Assembly (NCBI GenBank): GCA_001600815.1
Contig: BCKZ01000002.1
Location: 434,001-498,000, forward strand
Direction of reading: 5' to 3'
DNA length: 64,000 bases
Source: Alloascoidea hylecoeti
Lineage: Eukaryota
The position numbers and the translations under genes are program-made. Of the stretch, positions 34,329-48,269 are shown in pieces. How positions within the stretch are numbered: the first letter of the stretch is position 1; each line of letters opens with the position of its first letter. The notes beneath the pieces are model-generated. The model made no database searches, was not told the origin of the DNA, and worked only from the letters and a program-made list of their open reading frames with translations.

Positions 34329-36086
34329 TCAACACCAATATCTATAGGCTCTATAGTAAAAAGGCCTTGAAGCGATATATTCCTTATTATCTGCAATTTC
34401 TTGTCTTAATTCATCAAGATCAAACTCTCTTCTACCAAGGTCAATATCAATCCTATCTGCTCTAATGTACAAAATCCATTGTTTCTTGTATATCTTATGA
34501 CAAAAGTAACTAATAAGAATGATTGGAGCAGCCAGGTATGCCTGGAAAAAATTGGCTGCGTTAGCAGTTTTCGAGCCAATAGGGAATAAGCCAACCCAAA
34601 ATTGAAGAATTAAAACAAGAATGTTAAGAAGAACAGAATATATAGACCCCCAAATTCCAACTTGAGAGGTGAAAACCAATTCATCAGTTCCTCTTCCCCT
34701 GACTGCTAAAGCATATCTAAATCTCAAATGACAAATGCAAATAGACATCCAAGTGAAAATGAACGATAAGCCTGTAAGAGATAACAGCCAGTGGAATACA
34801 TCAGTAGCCTTATCGGAAGCCGCTACAAAAGATAAAAGGCCAAATGATAATGTGAAGGCTGTGGCAACAAGTGGTCTTCCACGATTATCAATATATCCAA
34901 ATATCTTTGGTGCTTGACTTTGCAACCCTAATGATGCTAGAGTTCTGGAAGCAGCAAAAACCGCAGAGTTAGCTACCGATAAAACTGAAATTAGGATGGC
35001 GACATTCATGACAGTTGGTAAGCCTTTAATCCCAGCATTTTTGGTGGCTATTATGAAGGGACTAACAGATGAATCGTAGTCACTTTGTCCATCATCCAAC
35101 TTAGAGTCATTATATGGAACTATAAGTCCAACAATAAATAGACCAAGAACATAAAAGATTGTGATTCTCCAAAATATTTGTTTTGTGGCCTTTGGAAGAG
35201 TACGCGCTGGATTTTCAGCCTCTGCAGATGCTAGACCAACAATCTCCGTTCCGGCAAAAGCAAAAGCAGCGACAACAAATACAGTAGAAACACCTTTAAA
35301 ACCATTTGCAAATGCACCTGGATCGCGCCAATATTTGGTACCAATGTATTCACCTTCAGGACCTCCACCGCAAGCAATTACAATACCCAGTATAATGAAA
35401 CCTACAACAGCAATCACCTTTAATAGAGAGAGAAATAATTCAGTTTCGCCATATCCTCTAACTCCAAATAAATTTAAAATAACAATCAGAACTAAAAAGA
35501 CTGCAACCAATATTACTGAATTAAAGTTTGGGTGCCAATAATTTATGATAATTGAAGATGCTACCAATTCAAGTGGCAATAAGGTGCACCATCCTATAGC
35601 ATAATTCCAACCCATTGCAAACCCCCATGAGGGATCAATAAATCTTGTTGAAAAAGCCGAAGCACCACCTGATATAGGGAAAGCCACTGCTAACTCACCT
35701 AAAGCGTGAATAGTACAGAAAATCATGGATCCTATTAAAATGAAAGCAATTAAGAGTCCAGCCGGACCACCACTTTGTAGAGAAGATCCTGAACCGATGA
35801 AAAACCCAGTACCAATACAACTTCCAAGTGCGATCATTTGTAAATGTCTCCCCTTCAAGACTCTATTTAATGGAACATTTGCTGTGGCAATAATTGCTCT
35901 CTCTAACTCGGGTAAAGATGGATCTGGCTCATCTACTTCAATTCTTTGGAATGAGTGCTTAAACTCTTCCCATTTGTTTAGCTTATGAGTCTCCGAATGG
36001 TTATAAAAGGAATCTTCATCTCCCGATCCAAGAGGATACGAATTTGAATAATAATCTCGATCGTTCTCATTCTTCGAATATAACAT
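34329..36086 (-). CDS. Yeast amino-acid permease (YAT/APC family), Gap1-like
   Basis: LKGRHLQMIALGSCIGTG..IGSG, RFIDPSWGFAMGWNY, FAFAGTE, about 12 hydrophobic segments, terminal YWC. Confidence 0.95.
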   Translation of the reverse strand: MLYSKNENDRDYYSNSYPLGSGDEDSFYNHSETHKLNKWEEFKHSFQRIEVDEPDPSLPELERAIIATANVPLNRVLKGRHLQMIALGSCIGTGFFIGSGSSLQSGGPAGLLIAFILIGSMIFCTIHALGELAVAFPISGGASAFSTRFIDPSWGFAMGWNYAIGWCTLLPLELVASSIIINYWHPNFNSVILVAVFLVLIVILNLFGVRGYGETELFLSLLKVIAVVGFIILGIVIACGGGPEGEYIGTKYWRDPGAFANGFKGVSTVFVVAAFAFAGTEIVGLASAEAENPARTLPKATKQIFWRITIFYVLGLFIVGLIVPYNDSKLDDGQSDYDSSVSPFIIATKNAGIKGLPTVMNVAILISVLSVANSAVFAASRTLASLGLQSQAPKIFGYIDNRGRPLVATAFTLSFGLLSFVAASDKATDVFHWLLSLTGLSFIFTWMSICICHLRFRYALAVRGRGTDELVFTSQVGIWGSIYSVLLNILVLILQFWVGLFPIGSKTANAANFFQAYLAAPIILISYFCHKIYKKQWILYIRADRIDIDLGRREFDLDELRQEIADNKEYIASRPFYYRAYRYWC

Positions 36087-38570
36087 CTTGGGAGAAAGAG
36101 AATGGAGAGTAGATTATTCAATGGATTGTGTGTAGCATCTTATAGTAAATTTTCAGTTATCTAACAATTGTAATAACTAAATTCAAAGACATATGCATTA
36201 TCCCGTTTACATGGATATTTATAATTGGCTGTTTTATTGCAGTTGTTAATCGATTTTAGCCTTGATATCTATATGCACATATATGAATATAATATATGCA
36301 TATTACCGTTATCGATTATAAATGTTGCTAATTATAATGATGTTGTAGTCTTAAATTTATTATCTAAGAAAATATCCCATGGCCAGATCTAGATGATTTA
36401 ATCTGGTTCAACTCTCTATATACATGTATATATTTGTCATTTTATACATAATTATGACATTAATCTTAGTATTCATATATATATATTCACCGGTACCTAG
36501 TAAACTAGTAGGTGTTGAGTTCTACTATTCTGAAGTTAGAATAAATTTTGAAAATGGTAATTATTGTTAACAATATAGATTTAATACTATTATATATATA
36601 TATATGTGTTTCAAAAGTTATTTAATACTTTCAAATTCAAATTGTCCACATGCTATAAATATGCTTATACCCACAGCAAAGCATTCATAAGTATAGGTAC
36701 AATATACAATTGCAATACTATCGTTCGAACTTCGAACCATATGGGCCCACGCATTACGCATGTGTCTACCAATGGCAACTTTACAAGTACAATATTGGTA
36801 ATAAATGATCTCTATAACCTACGTACATACAGCGCTCGATATTTACACTATGTTATATATATAGCTGAGATTATAACTAATTAAATAGATATCTCTTATA
36901 TGTAAACGGATATACACAGCTATTAGCTGTAGACACTAAAGAGTCGGTTGGTTATCTATATATATGATAGATCTAGCTATAGATCTAACCTAATGGCGGC
37001 TATAGATTCGAAGATACGGCACTTAAGATCAATCTTATTATTATAATCAGGCTAATATGGAACCATAAATCAAAATGAAAGCTGAATTATATATCAACGC
37101 ATGTGTCGCGATCGTCACAAGCAGCTCTGCAAGGGAAGACGGGCCGCCGTACAAAAATATAGATTATACATGTCTCAGTTAAAACATCTTTAATTTTCTT
37201 TATCGGGTTAGCACATTTCATTTATGTAGACGTATACGTAATTCTTATTTAAGGCGGTGTTTATTAACACTGGACTCTGGTTAATTACATTAACTAAAGC
37301 GTAAATTTGCGCGTAAGATTGACTCTGCAGTTATAGATGATAAACTGATAATATTAATATTCCATAACGATATGTTGTAGGCTCTATAATTATATAATAA
37401 GTCAAGAACCCCACTCGAAAATTATACTCAAGTTTCGATACTTGAGTAACAAATCATCAGTATTTTGAATATTAAACATTCGGCAATGTAGATAAATATA
37501 GAGAATAATTATCACCAAATATAGTCTCAGAATACTCTGATTTCATGATTATCAGTCATCCCCATATATAATTTCGGTAACGTTATTGCCGGTATGTCCT
37601 ATTAATATGCACTATCTATTATGCAGGGATAAGGAATAACTGTATGGAAGAAAAAATGAAAATTATCTTGGTCATGATCTTAAATTAAAGTTACGAAAAA
37701 TAATGTTGACATTTTGCTCTGTAATGTGAACTATTCGTCAAATTGAATTGGAATTACTAGTGCCGAGACATTGAATAAATAATCGATATCATGTGACGTG
37801 TGGGAAACACAAACCCGAGAGAAATCTATACATGAATTTATAAGAAATTTTGATTTATTTTAGAGGAGGGAGGTTTTTTAAAGGGAAATCAGATATTGAA
37901 GTTATTAGCCTTTGACAAGTGGCTTCTTTAATTATAACATTTCGTTGATTTGAACTGAAAATAGACAAGTCGTGATTGAAGACAAGTTTCAGGTAGTTCA
38001 TTGAGTTTTCGACCATACGTATACAGACATATTAGTGAGAGTCTGTGTTTTCTTCTGTTAGTTGTTTTTCTCTTTTTTCATTTAGAATCATCCTAAACAT
38101 CACATGTAATGCTTAACCTGACTGGTGTAGAAATGTTCCAGCAGTCAAGCCAAAAAATATCGTCATCTGGATTACTAATTTTCATTATCTACCGGTATCT
38201 GAATTTTGAGTAATAAATTTTGGTATCATATGCAAGATAAATTTAAAACTCAATGGAGATCATATTTGGCCTTGTTAACTTATTGTGCACTGATTCTGAA
38301 TAAAGTGATCCTTTATGGCTGGTTTTTTTAGCAGAAAGACTTATTTTTTGTTTTTTCGTTTTTTATAAAGTTATTTTTTTCTCTTTTTTTATTATTTAAT
38401 AAATTCAATTATCTTTTATTTTTATATTTTACATTTTTTATTTTTTTAGATTTATTTTTTTGAATTTTTATAATTTCTAAACTCTGAATTATTTTTGGAT
38501 TTTTAATATTTTCTAATGTCAATGGTGTACTGTTTTGTATATGATTTAAAGCATTATATTATTATTATTA

Positions 38571-39083
38571 TTATTGAGAGTAGGGATGCCTCCCTTTGTA
38601 ACGCTTTTTATTGCGATTGAATGTAGAAATAGTTTTGGAGATGTGTATAGCTTCTTTTAATTCGGCATCACTATCATTATCCGATGACTGTTTTTCCAAA
38701 GATTTATCATATTCAGCAACATTATCAATTTCATGAGCATTAACAATTTCCTCATCAGTTTGTGAACGAAGCTCATGAAGCGATGTTGGAAAGGCTGAAA
38801 ACATATGATGTGTCGGAGGATGAATTTCGTATTTAGAAGAATTGGCTTGGGGGTGCAAACAGGCGTTATTATCAAATACATCCACCAATATTCTTGAATA
38901 TCCCTTAAAAACTATCCGGAGTGGATTTAAGACTTCTAAGAGGGGGAAAGCACTCATAACACATAATTCCCCTAAGATAACGAAGAGAAATGCTTGTCGT
39001 GAGATTGGTGCTGCTGAGCTGAATACACTAAGTCGGAGAAACTCTACAACAGAAAACACAAAAAGTGTATATTGAAAAATCAT
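38571..39083 (-). CDS. Hypothetical membrane protein (orphan)
   Basis: 170-aa ORF with two N-terminal hydrophobic segments, an acidic middle and a basic tail; followed by A-rich 3' region. Confidence 0.55.
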   Translation of the reverse strand: MIFQYTLFVFSVVEFLRLSVFSSAAPISRQAFLFVILGELCVMSAFPLLEVLNPLRIVFKGYSRILVDVFDNNACLHPQANSSKYEIHPPTHHMFSAFPTSLHELRSQTDEEIVNAHEIDNVAEYDKSLEKQSSDNDSDAELKEAIHISKTISTFNRNKKRYKGRHPYSQ

Positions 39084-40071
39084 TATCAGAATTACGAGAT
39101 TAAATAGATTTTAGTGATAGTATTAAATTTAATTTATATTAGTTGTTGGTTAAGAAAATGGTGGTTGAAAATACCAATTATGTTGTGTCCGGAATCCTAG
39201 TACCGTCCGACCCTGACGGTACGTATATGCATATGTGTATTAATACTAGTTATCCTTCTATCTTACCGTAATAGTTATCGCTAAAAGAATAAATCTAAAT
39301 CTGTTAAAGATAAAACTTTACAATTTCATTCCAACTTCCAAACCATCGTAAGGTCGTCAATATAAGTTTAAACTCACCAAAGATAACATAGTATGTGTGT
39401 GTATATACCATATATCTTCAGCTTATTTTTTGATTTAATATTGCAACTAAATTAAGATCTTTCACTAAACGAAGGTTAACTTTGTATCAGACTTTATTTA
39501 AACCATTTATTCACTTTTATGCCTATAACCCTACATGTAATCTCGTTTTTGTTTAAGATGACTTTAATAATAATATAAATTTTACACGAATAAATACTTC
39601 CAAAGGAATATGCGATAAAGAAGTATTCATTAAATCAAATTTGATAATATCATATAAAGTAAGAAGGTCGGTACGGCAAAGCGAATCTTTGCATGAGTTC
39701 AAAGAGCAAATGCGATATAGTTTTCATCATTGTCCTTTGGGTACGGGCCCAAACGTCACCTACCTCGGTACACCAACTTTTTTTCACAACCAAAAACAAA
39801 AATATTATAAATTGCATTCATGAAGTTATTGGGGTATAACTTATAAAACAATTCTCCATTACTTACGTTTGTATACTGTATCAGGAATCTTAGGATGGAT
39901 GTGCAGAATTTAGTAAGCTTAAGCATTAATCATGACAGATAGCTGGTGTAGGTACTGGGCAGTTTGTGGGGAATTTCATAGAGAAAATGTGAGATAAATA
40001 TAGAGAGAACATTGTTATGGTATCTATGGATAGCCAACAATCTAAAAGGGTGTTATAACTGGTCAATCGGA

Positions 40072-40296
40072 CTAGAGTTTGACATTGATATTTGGTATTA
40101 AAACTGAAGCTGCGGAAATGGGTTTGGTAAGCATCACTTCTATACGTTTATTGCTCACTCTATGTACATATAATGGTTTTGTGCAATTGGATTCATGAAC
40201 TTCTTCCTCCAATGATGAGCTTCTTCCATTCTGTTCATGAAGCCAGGCATTAAACTTGTCTTCAGTTGTATTACTTGTTGCTATTGTCGACACCAT
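40072..40296 (-). CDS. Candidate small protein, 74 aa
   Basis: ATG-initiated ORF with TATATAAA about 70 bp upstream and a pyrimidine-rich (CTCTTGT)n tract further upstream; no family recognised. Confidence 0.3.
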   Translation of the reverse strand: MVSTIATSNTTEDKFNAWLHEQNGRSSSLEEEVHESNCTKPLYVHRVSNKRIEVMLTKPISAASVLIPNINVKL

Positions 40297-41605
40297 TAAT
40301 ATTTCTATATAACTTATATCATGTGGATTCTATACTGGTAATAGAGTAGACGGGTATTTGTGTTTATATATAAATAACTTTTGTGATATATATTGACTAA
40401 TGAACTATTTATATACATAATCAATTGAACAGAATTTTCGTTAATATTGAGTATATTTTTGCACCAATATATTGCAGTTGTTGTATTGCGGCTACCAGAG
40501 ATTGTATGACTATTTGGTCCATTCTAACAAGGACAGACAAGAGACAAGAGACAAGAGACAAGAACAAGAAATCAAGAAATTAGGAATTCAAATATATTCA
40601 AAAGAGTGATCTAAATCGAACAAAAACAAAAAAACAACGAAGTAACTTCAATAAACTCTATAAGAAATTCCCGCCAAATCCACTTCTATTTCACAATATG
40701 ATCAACAATAAGAGCTACATATAACTTAAAATATGCCTTATACCTACTGAAATTCCATTACGATACTTATAAGGCCTTATATATATCTGGACCTGTTAGA
40801 TATATATGAATACTATATTATGCTTTAAGACGGGCATATAATACATAAACCGGATACAGTAATGTCAAATTTAAAGTGATCAATTTTCGTGGAAATGTTC
40901 TGTAGCTATCGGACTCACAAAATATAAAGCATTTTTCTGATTTTCGAGGTATATTTTGTTTACTTTTTAATAGTCATAAATTTTAAGAGACTAACTACGT
41001 TTTCGGCTAAATAATTCATTGAAATATTAATGAACTACCGTCTTGAGAAATATTTTCTGGGAATTAGTAAAATACATTTGAAAAATACTTTTCCATGAAC
41101 AAAACACTTCTACGAAAGAACAGAGAAATGGTTTCATACAGCCGGCTACGGAATTATACAGATTACTTATCCGAGAAATTGACCAAACATTTTTTGGAAT
41201 TAGTATAATTATTGTATCGTATCTAAAGATTAATAAGATAGAAAATAATAAAAATCACTACAAAACAACTACTCCTAACTTAATTATTTAATTAGCTAGT
41301 ATAGTTATTCATTCCCATATAGCCATAGCTACTACAAGAGATTATCATGAATGAGGAAATGTCAAAACACATGTATACCATGGCCAATATATACGTAAAG
41401 TAACGTAACACATACACAGGTAAAATTAATAGTTAAATTTGTAGTTGAAATATACTTATATCAAGATCAGTTATATGTATAATATTCCAATCAGATAGAG
41501 AGGATGGAAAAATCCTTGCTACAAAACTTTACACCTCTTATTGTAGTAGATATCATAACATAAGGCTAACATATTACAGTTATACTACTAAAATAAGGGC
41601 TATTA

Positions 41606-41656
41606 TACAGTCTTTTCACTTAATATCGGACACTTGGTGGACTAATTATTCAGACA
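41606..41656 (+). repeat. Dispersed repeat copy 2; probable pogo/Tc1-mariner TIR (TA|CAGT...)
   Basis: TACAGTCTTTTCACTTAATATCGGACACTTG...; 44/51 identical to 23166-23216. Confidence 0.7.
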
Positions 41657-41989
41657 CTCGGTCATTCGGGGTTTCCAATAGAGTATATTAGTAAACACCC
41701 CTATATATAGAAGGTCACTTATCTACTCGGTTCGGGTAAAGGTCCGATTACTTTATTCTAAAGACAATGGGGATAATTTTAATGAAATATGAAATATACC
41801 ATCAGTAATTACCGGGCCATCCAAAATTGAAATTGCTTTCTAACCACGAATTGCAATAGCAGAAACAAATATAAATTATTAGAAATAGTATTACAAAATC
41901 TACTTAATCCTATAAATCTGATACTATATATTCGATATATTTTTTTTGTAAATCTTGTTGTAGCTATAGTGCGAGCGGTATTCTACGAT

Positions 41990-42830
41990 TTGACATATTG
42001 AGCTCACATTTGTTGTTGGTATTCCAATTTGTGGTTGAGGTGTAACAATTTTAGGTAACTTTATAAGCTGACGGTATACCTAGGTGCCTGCAACTGTTCA
42101 TTTTATAATAAATTCATTCCAGATATATTGTTGATAATTTTCAAGTAAGGATGACCTCTTATATCATGATATCAGAGTCGTAATATTCCGAAATGGCTTC
42201 TACATTATAAATATCTGGGCTGCTTAAATTGCAATTGACATATGACACCAATAACCGTACGCGTGATTTTACATTTAAATTTAAATTATCTAGTAGTGGT
42301 TAGGTATATAGATTTACAATATATAACTAACTTTAAAGACATTTAATGAAGAGTTTAGTGACTACTAAGATTAAATATAAGTAAAATCGTTGCTATGCTA
42401 TAGCTACACATATAATTTTCACACGAAGGTCCTGAAGTAGATTTAATATCATACATATGCTAAAGAAATTAGTACCTTTTGTCAAAAAGTGTAAGCTGCA
42501 ATTTGAAACAGCGAGGAAGTTTGAGTGAGTCTATATATTGTATTGAAATTTATAATATATGGAGCACTATTACGATATCTATTGATTGAAAGCTGAGAGA
42601 ATCACAAGAGGATACAGCCTACCTCAGTTACAAAAGCTTATAATACTAAAGAGCACGGCTTGTAGTTGAGTTAAATTGCAATAACATACCAACACTAGTA
42701 CTAAGTCGGCAACTTCGAGAAATAGAGCCGATACTATAGCTAGTTGTAATTATGTATGGTTTACAGCCAACTTCGTATACGGATGCAAGTAACTTCACAT
42801 CTCAATTTTACCAAATATGCATCTCAGTGA
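41990..42830 (+). mobile_element. Decayed Ty3/gypsy RNase H - integrase relic
   Basis: FQIYC-DN, IPKWLLHYKYL, KEISTF-VKKC..CN (HHCC end), IEIYNIWSTITISID (first D), YGLQPTSYTDASNFTSQFYQIC (second D, 42755-42820), all in order. Confidence 0.65.
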
Positions 42831-44769
42831 CAGAATGTATTCTAAAATTTCTAATAGTATTTTGAAATCTTAATATTTCATTGGTTATAAGGTTGTTATT
42901 TTACCCGAAATCCGATGCATTATAATCATATAATGATTCATATTCCCTTCATCCATGACCAAGTATTGTCGGCTTACAATTGAGGAGAGAAGAAATAATG
43001 AAAAATTGGACCCTTGCATATCGGCAATTTCGTTTTATCAGCCGAATTTCCCGATTTGTAATATATTTGGCGTTACCACTTTATATATAAATAATATACG
43101 ATAAAGCCCACAGAATAATGATACTATTAAAATAATAGCAACTATATATATTGTTTAGTTTTTAAATTATCATTGACACAAAAAACTGAATTTCTGTCGT
43201 AGTAAGGGTTTGAAATAAACGCTCATTTGCCGCTTTTGGTATACATTATTAATATTATAGGAAATGTGCTATATTAGTACGGTTACGGAATGAAAAAATT
43301 TATAATTAATATTTCACAAACACTACACCTAGCTATAGTTTTTTGAAGGATCATCTTGATGATATTACTTTTATATTTAGCTATTTTATTAATCAGCTTA
43401 GATTGTCCTACATCTAAAACAGACTATTATAACTTATAAGGTATATTATACGCATTGCATATGCATTTAACAATTATTTAAGCTTAAGCTGTCGATATTG
43501 ATCTATATCAATAACTAGTTGATTATACATTTATAATATTTTGTAGCTAGTTAATAGTTATAGAATCAAACTTTTAGTTCACAACCGTATCAATATATGT
43601 AATCTATCAAATTTTTTGAATGTGCCAAAAAATCTGAATATGATTAGTAATCCTGACTAACACACACTAAAAGGGAGATTAGAGAAGGAGAAATTTTATT
43701 CGCCCTCGGCCATTATGAATACAGAGGTTGGAGTTGGAACTGAGATCAATTTAATATATATCGCAGGAGGGTAACTCTTTTTTGCCCCAAAAAGGGAATA
43801 AAGGTGTCAGTTATAATTACTCTTCTTCTAATCGCAATTGCAATATCTTTAAGATTATGATACTAATTATAATTAATAGTCATCACGATGGTCATTATCT
43901 TCATATAACTTACATGCATTACATATATACTCATTTGGGGTTAAACATAGATACGTTTTTAGTATATACCATATGAAAGCTTCTAATTAATGTCTAACCT
44001 TATCTGCTTCTAATTCGAAGTCAACAAAACACCTCCTTTTCTTCCTCATATTTGTCTTAATATATATTATCTAGGGATGAGCACAATTATGCAATTGTTT
44101 TAATTTGTAGATCTTATACTTTCGAGGCTCGAGCTTTAATATTACAGTGCGGCGCGCTTAATTTTAGATGACCGTCTTCTGATAGTGAACAGCTGATGGA
44201 CCTCATGAGGGTTCTCTTAAAATTATCTTAAATTAGATTATCGATAGATAATTGTGTTTATATTTATATAAACAAAATCAGAAACAATCGAATTGATACT
44301 CGGCTTTTATTCTTAATGTACATGTCTTGAATTTAATAGCTCAATTACGTATCACAATGTTAACAATTGTCCAGCTAACTATTATTTTGTAGCATATCTG
44401 TATGTTTGCCTTACATAAGAAGGATTCCACAATTACAAAGGCTGGAAAACGCAAGGCTTCTTAAAACTTCAAAATTTGAGGTTTTGAAAAGAAGAAGAAA
44501 AAGCTCAAGGTTCAACAGGTGAGTACGGCCCGAAAATCACTCGGATCCGGAGTAATTTTGTTTAAGCACGGAAGGAAGAGAATTAACCAGTCCTCTTTGG
44601 ATCTTTCCAGCAACCTTATGCTGAAATTTGTTATTTCCTCCAATAATAGCTGAGTGAAATTTACTAAGGAATACTGGGCTAGGCCGAGCGCGGATCCGGG
44701 GAAACAGAATTTTAGTTAAAATATAATACCTGGAAAACACAAAATGGAAAATGAAAATGAAAACAAACA

Positions 44770-44792
44770 CGGCAAAACGGCAAACCGGCAAA
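44770..44792 (+). promoter_or_regulatory. Three tandem CGGCAAA motifs at exact 8-bp period upstream of the ECM13-like gene
   Basis: CGGCAAA at 44770, 44778 and 44786; TATAAAA near 44886. Confidence 0.45.
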
Positions 44793-45012
44793 TCTATGCA
44801 GGACAAAATGTACTCGCATGCAGTGTCGGCAACTTAAAATTGTGTTCCACCCGGATCTACCATAGCGAAAGAAAAAATAATGTTTTATAAAAGTAGCCCT
44901 GTCCCCATAAACAAATTAATTATAAATTTTTACTCTATTCCTTTTTAAGAAAAGTCTCGAGATATTTAACGCAGTCTCGCCAATCATAACAAACGGATAA
45001 ATAAAGGACCAG

Positions 45013-45849
45013 ATGTTATCGAGTATCGCATACACATATATCTTGGCAAGTAGGGCTAAGGATAAACTTACCAAAGAAGCTTCCAAAACGGATTTAGATT
45101 TACGAATTTTGGTCTGCCATGCCAATTTATTAGATTATTTAACAGAAACAATACAAGAACGAAGATTACAACCAATTTCGGATATCAAACTTGACGATTC
45201 TAAGCCTATCCAAGATGATATTAATGATGAACAAACTACGGAGACAATTGAAGAAGTATCTGAAACTTCATGGGATGAAGTTGATCAAGAACCAATCATA
45301 TCCGTTGATGATAAAGATGTCGATTATGAGGATTATGAATCTGAAAATGAATACAGTGATAATGATTCATCATCATCTTATTCTTCGGATTATAATTCTG
45401 ATAGTGAGAATGAATATGATAATGAAGGTGAATTAGAAGAAGAATCCAGAAACACTTTAAGTCGGTATAGATCAATGCCCACTATTGATGAATTATCAGA
45501 AGATGAACAGACAGATATAGCCGACTTGTATGACACTGTTTTTTCGGATTCAGAGGATCTCGTTGTAGTTCGTTCCAATCTTTTAAAACCACAAACAACT
45601 GAACATGATGAAGAACACGAGGAAGAAGTTGATGGACATACAATAGAACGAGCGCCTTCATTAAACTATTATTCGTCAGAGGAGGAATATAGCGATAGTG
45701 ATGAAGAACACCATGAAGCCATTGACTCTCGAGTTGAAACTATTCCTATTCACAAACCACATCACCATCATAAATATCATCATAATCACCACCACCATAA
45801 TCATTACAGCGTTCATAACCAACATCAAGTTCTAATTGCCGCTGTCTAG
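45013..45849 (+). CDS. ECM13: Ecm13/YJR115W-family acidic protein
   Basis: N-terminal YTYILASRAKDKLTKEA...DLDLRILVCHANLLDYL family motif; long acidic region; His-rich tail. Confidence 0.75.
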   Translation: MLSSIAYTYILASRAKDKLTKEASKTDLDLRILVCHANLLDYLTETIQERRLQPISDIKLDDSKPIQDDINDEQTTETIEEVSETSWDEVDQEPIISVDDKDVDYEDYESENEYSDNDSSSSYSSDYNSDSENEYDNEGELEEESRNTLSRYRSMPTIDELSEDEQTDIADLYDTVFSDSEDLVVVRSNLLKPQTTEHDEEHEEEVDGHTIERAPSLNYYSSEEEYSDSDEEHHEAIDSRVETIPIHKPHHHHKYHHNHHHHNHYSVHNQHQVLIAAV

Positions 45850-46899
45850 TCACAATAGTATTTATTTAGATATTTATGGAGTCCACAAGATAAAATAACC
45901 CCATAATTCTGCATTATATATTTGTCATTGTTTATTTACGTTTGTTTTCTGTTTTATTATTTTCTTTACGGAGTTACGATTTATGATCCTGTTCAACATT
46001 TTATTCAATCACAAAGCTATTACTCTATGTATATTAAATTATATTAGTTAAAGATTTCAATTATAAATTAGTTTTCTTTGGTATGAAGAAATATTATTTC
46101 CCCAGCATAACTATGAATGCAATTGAGAGTAAAATACGATCGCGATGATCAATTCCCTATATAAGCTATTTTTTGAGATAAAAATATTACCATTGGTAAA
46201 ATTTGTATAGATTATAATTAATATTTTTAAGGGTAAGATTAAAACCGTTTATTATACTGATATATATTACGATTCTTGGATTATACTCCAAAAGAAACAC
46301 CTCACAATGCATATGCATATCAAGAAATTCCTCATGCAAAAAATTATCCACAAATTCACGCGGCTACGCTAAAAGCGCTGCATACCTACAGTTTGATTAA
46401 GGGAAAATTTTTATATACGACACCAGTGCTTGTTTACAGTTGCCCTATAAAAAGAATATTTAGAAAATTTGTACACCTATTAGAATTATGCCCGCGGATA
46501 ACTTTTATAAAAATATATCAAATAATATATATATTTTAATAATAGGATGGCTCCAAATTCCGTTATAATAAATTATTATCTTGCTGGTTTAATAAAATTT
46601 AAGAACTACAGTAGTATGTATGGGTCATCACTGACTCATCAGTATATACAGATTCAAAATACTAGATAAAATATATAATTATGAACACTAGTATTGATTA
46701 GAAAATTCCGAATTATCTTATTCCTGTGTGTGAAGCCTCAACATCCATAAACCTTCTTCGTTCAGAATCATAAAATACATATTAACTCAAATATACAAGT
46801 CTAATTTTAATTTTAAATAAAAATTGCATAGAAAGATTCCTGATGGACAAATCAATCCCGAGACACTTCACTGATGCCAATAAGATATAAGAATGTGAA

Positions 46900-47930
46900 G
46901 TATGCGAAAGGAAATTGGGATTTCCAATTGCGAGATTTCTAAAAGGATCACGCTCCGCGCTATAGGGACAATGTTCTTCACGAGACAGGCAGGCCAAAAC
47001 TCCTTTACTCTAGATACCAAAACCTGTAGGCGAAAGCCAATAAGTACACCTAGTTCCACCTGGCACTTATCGCGTCTGGTGGTTGTGTATCGTGATTTCC
47101 AGTTGGTATCGTGAAACAATCTCGTGCACAACAGTGCCCAGATACGATGCTGAAAAGTGCCTTACCTCGTTGAAAACTTTGACAAAAATTTCAGATGCAA
47201 GATAAATAAACTTCATGAATATACTAGAAGATCTCTCGATAACATATATTCGAATTTCTACACTAAAAATATGTCTCGAATGCCGAAAGCGGTAAATGAT
47301 CGATATTATCTATTGAGAAATGGTGATGGCCATGTGGTTTAAATCGCAGACATTTATCTTAATGGACTGTAAATTATATAATTAGAGAGAGGAAACCTGG
47401 ACCTTTCTTTTCTTCCCTACAAAGTGTTTTCTTACGTTAATAACATTTGTGTAATTTGTGACCGAATTGATACCTATAAGGTGTTGTTATTTAAATTTGG
47501 ATGAATGTTGTCGCTATATATATTAGCTAGCCATATCTATCCCTATGTGGATGTTGATTTTAAAACAGCAACAGAGCAAAAAATTATTGCAATTGATGAA
47601 TTAACTATAGAACATTGGTCAATTAAGATTCCAAAAAATGGTACTACCAGGTTTGAGAGATCGATGTCCACCCTGAATCTGCACATGAATCTTCAAACTC
47701 AAACGGTTTTAGACTTTATTTGCACTTGTATCAAGATTAATATCACTATGAATAGCTATATCAGCCAATTTCTATGGCGGTGGAAATACTCAACATTGAA
47801 TATAAGTACAATCCATCCTTAACTTAGAACAATATTTACAGATGCTATCAGTATCAATTAGGATCCTTCAAAAATATCCATAGACCAACAACACCAACTT
47901 GTTTCCCCCATATAATACATACTCCTAACA
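46900..47930 (-). mobile_element. Decayed Ty1/copia integrase relic
   Basis: WSMDIF (~47880; cf. Ty4 WCMDIFGP), V*NRLSLKI...RVD, then C-terminal RRDK...ELGVLIGF...E-SRN...SQFPF. Confidence 0.5.
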
Positions 47931-48269
47931 TTAATGTTATAAGACAAATGATATTGCAGAAATATTTTGTTGAGAGTTGGTGCGAGCAGCACGCTATCTA
48001 TCATCAATGAATGATGGTGATACACTTTTGATGTTTTATTTGTTTTATATTGCCTCTATTACTATAGAAGAATATTATTGATAAAACCCAAAAGTTTATG
48101 CTGAACTAATTTTGTGTAATATAACTAGGTAATTGAGAAAAATAAAAATTGAGTATAAAAATACTCGGATCAATATTACTAGCATAAAAAGTAACATAAA
48201 AAAGTAATAGTGATGATCTGATTATAAAAATAATGCATGCTCTGATATATTGAGAAGTGGGAGATGTTA

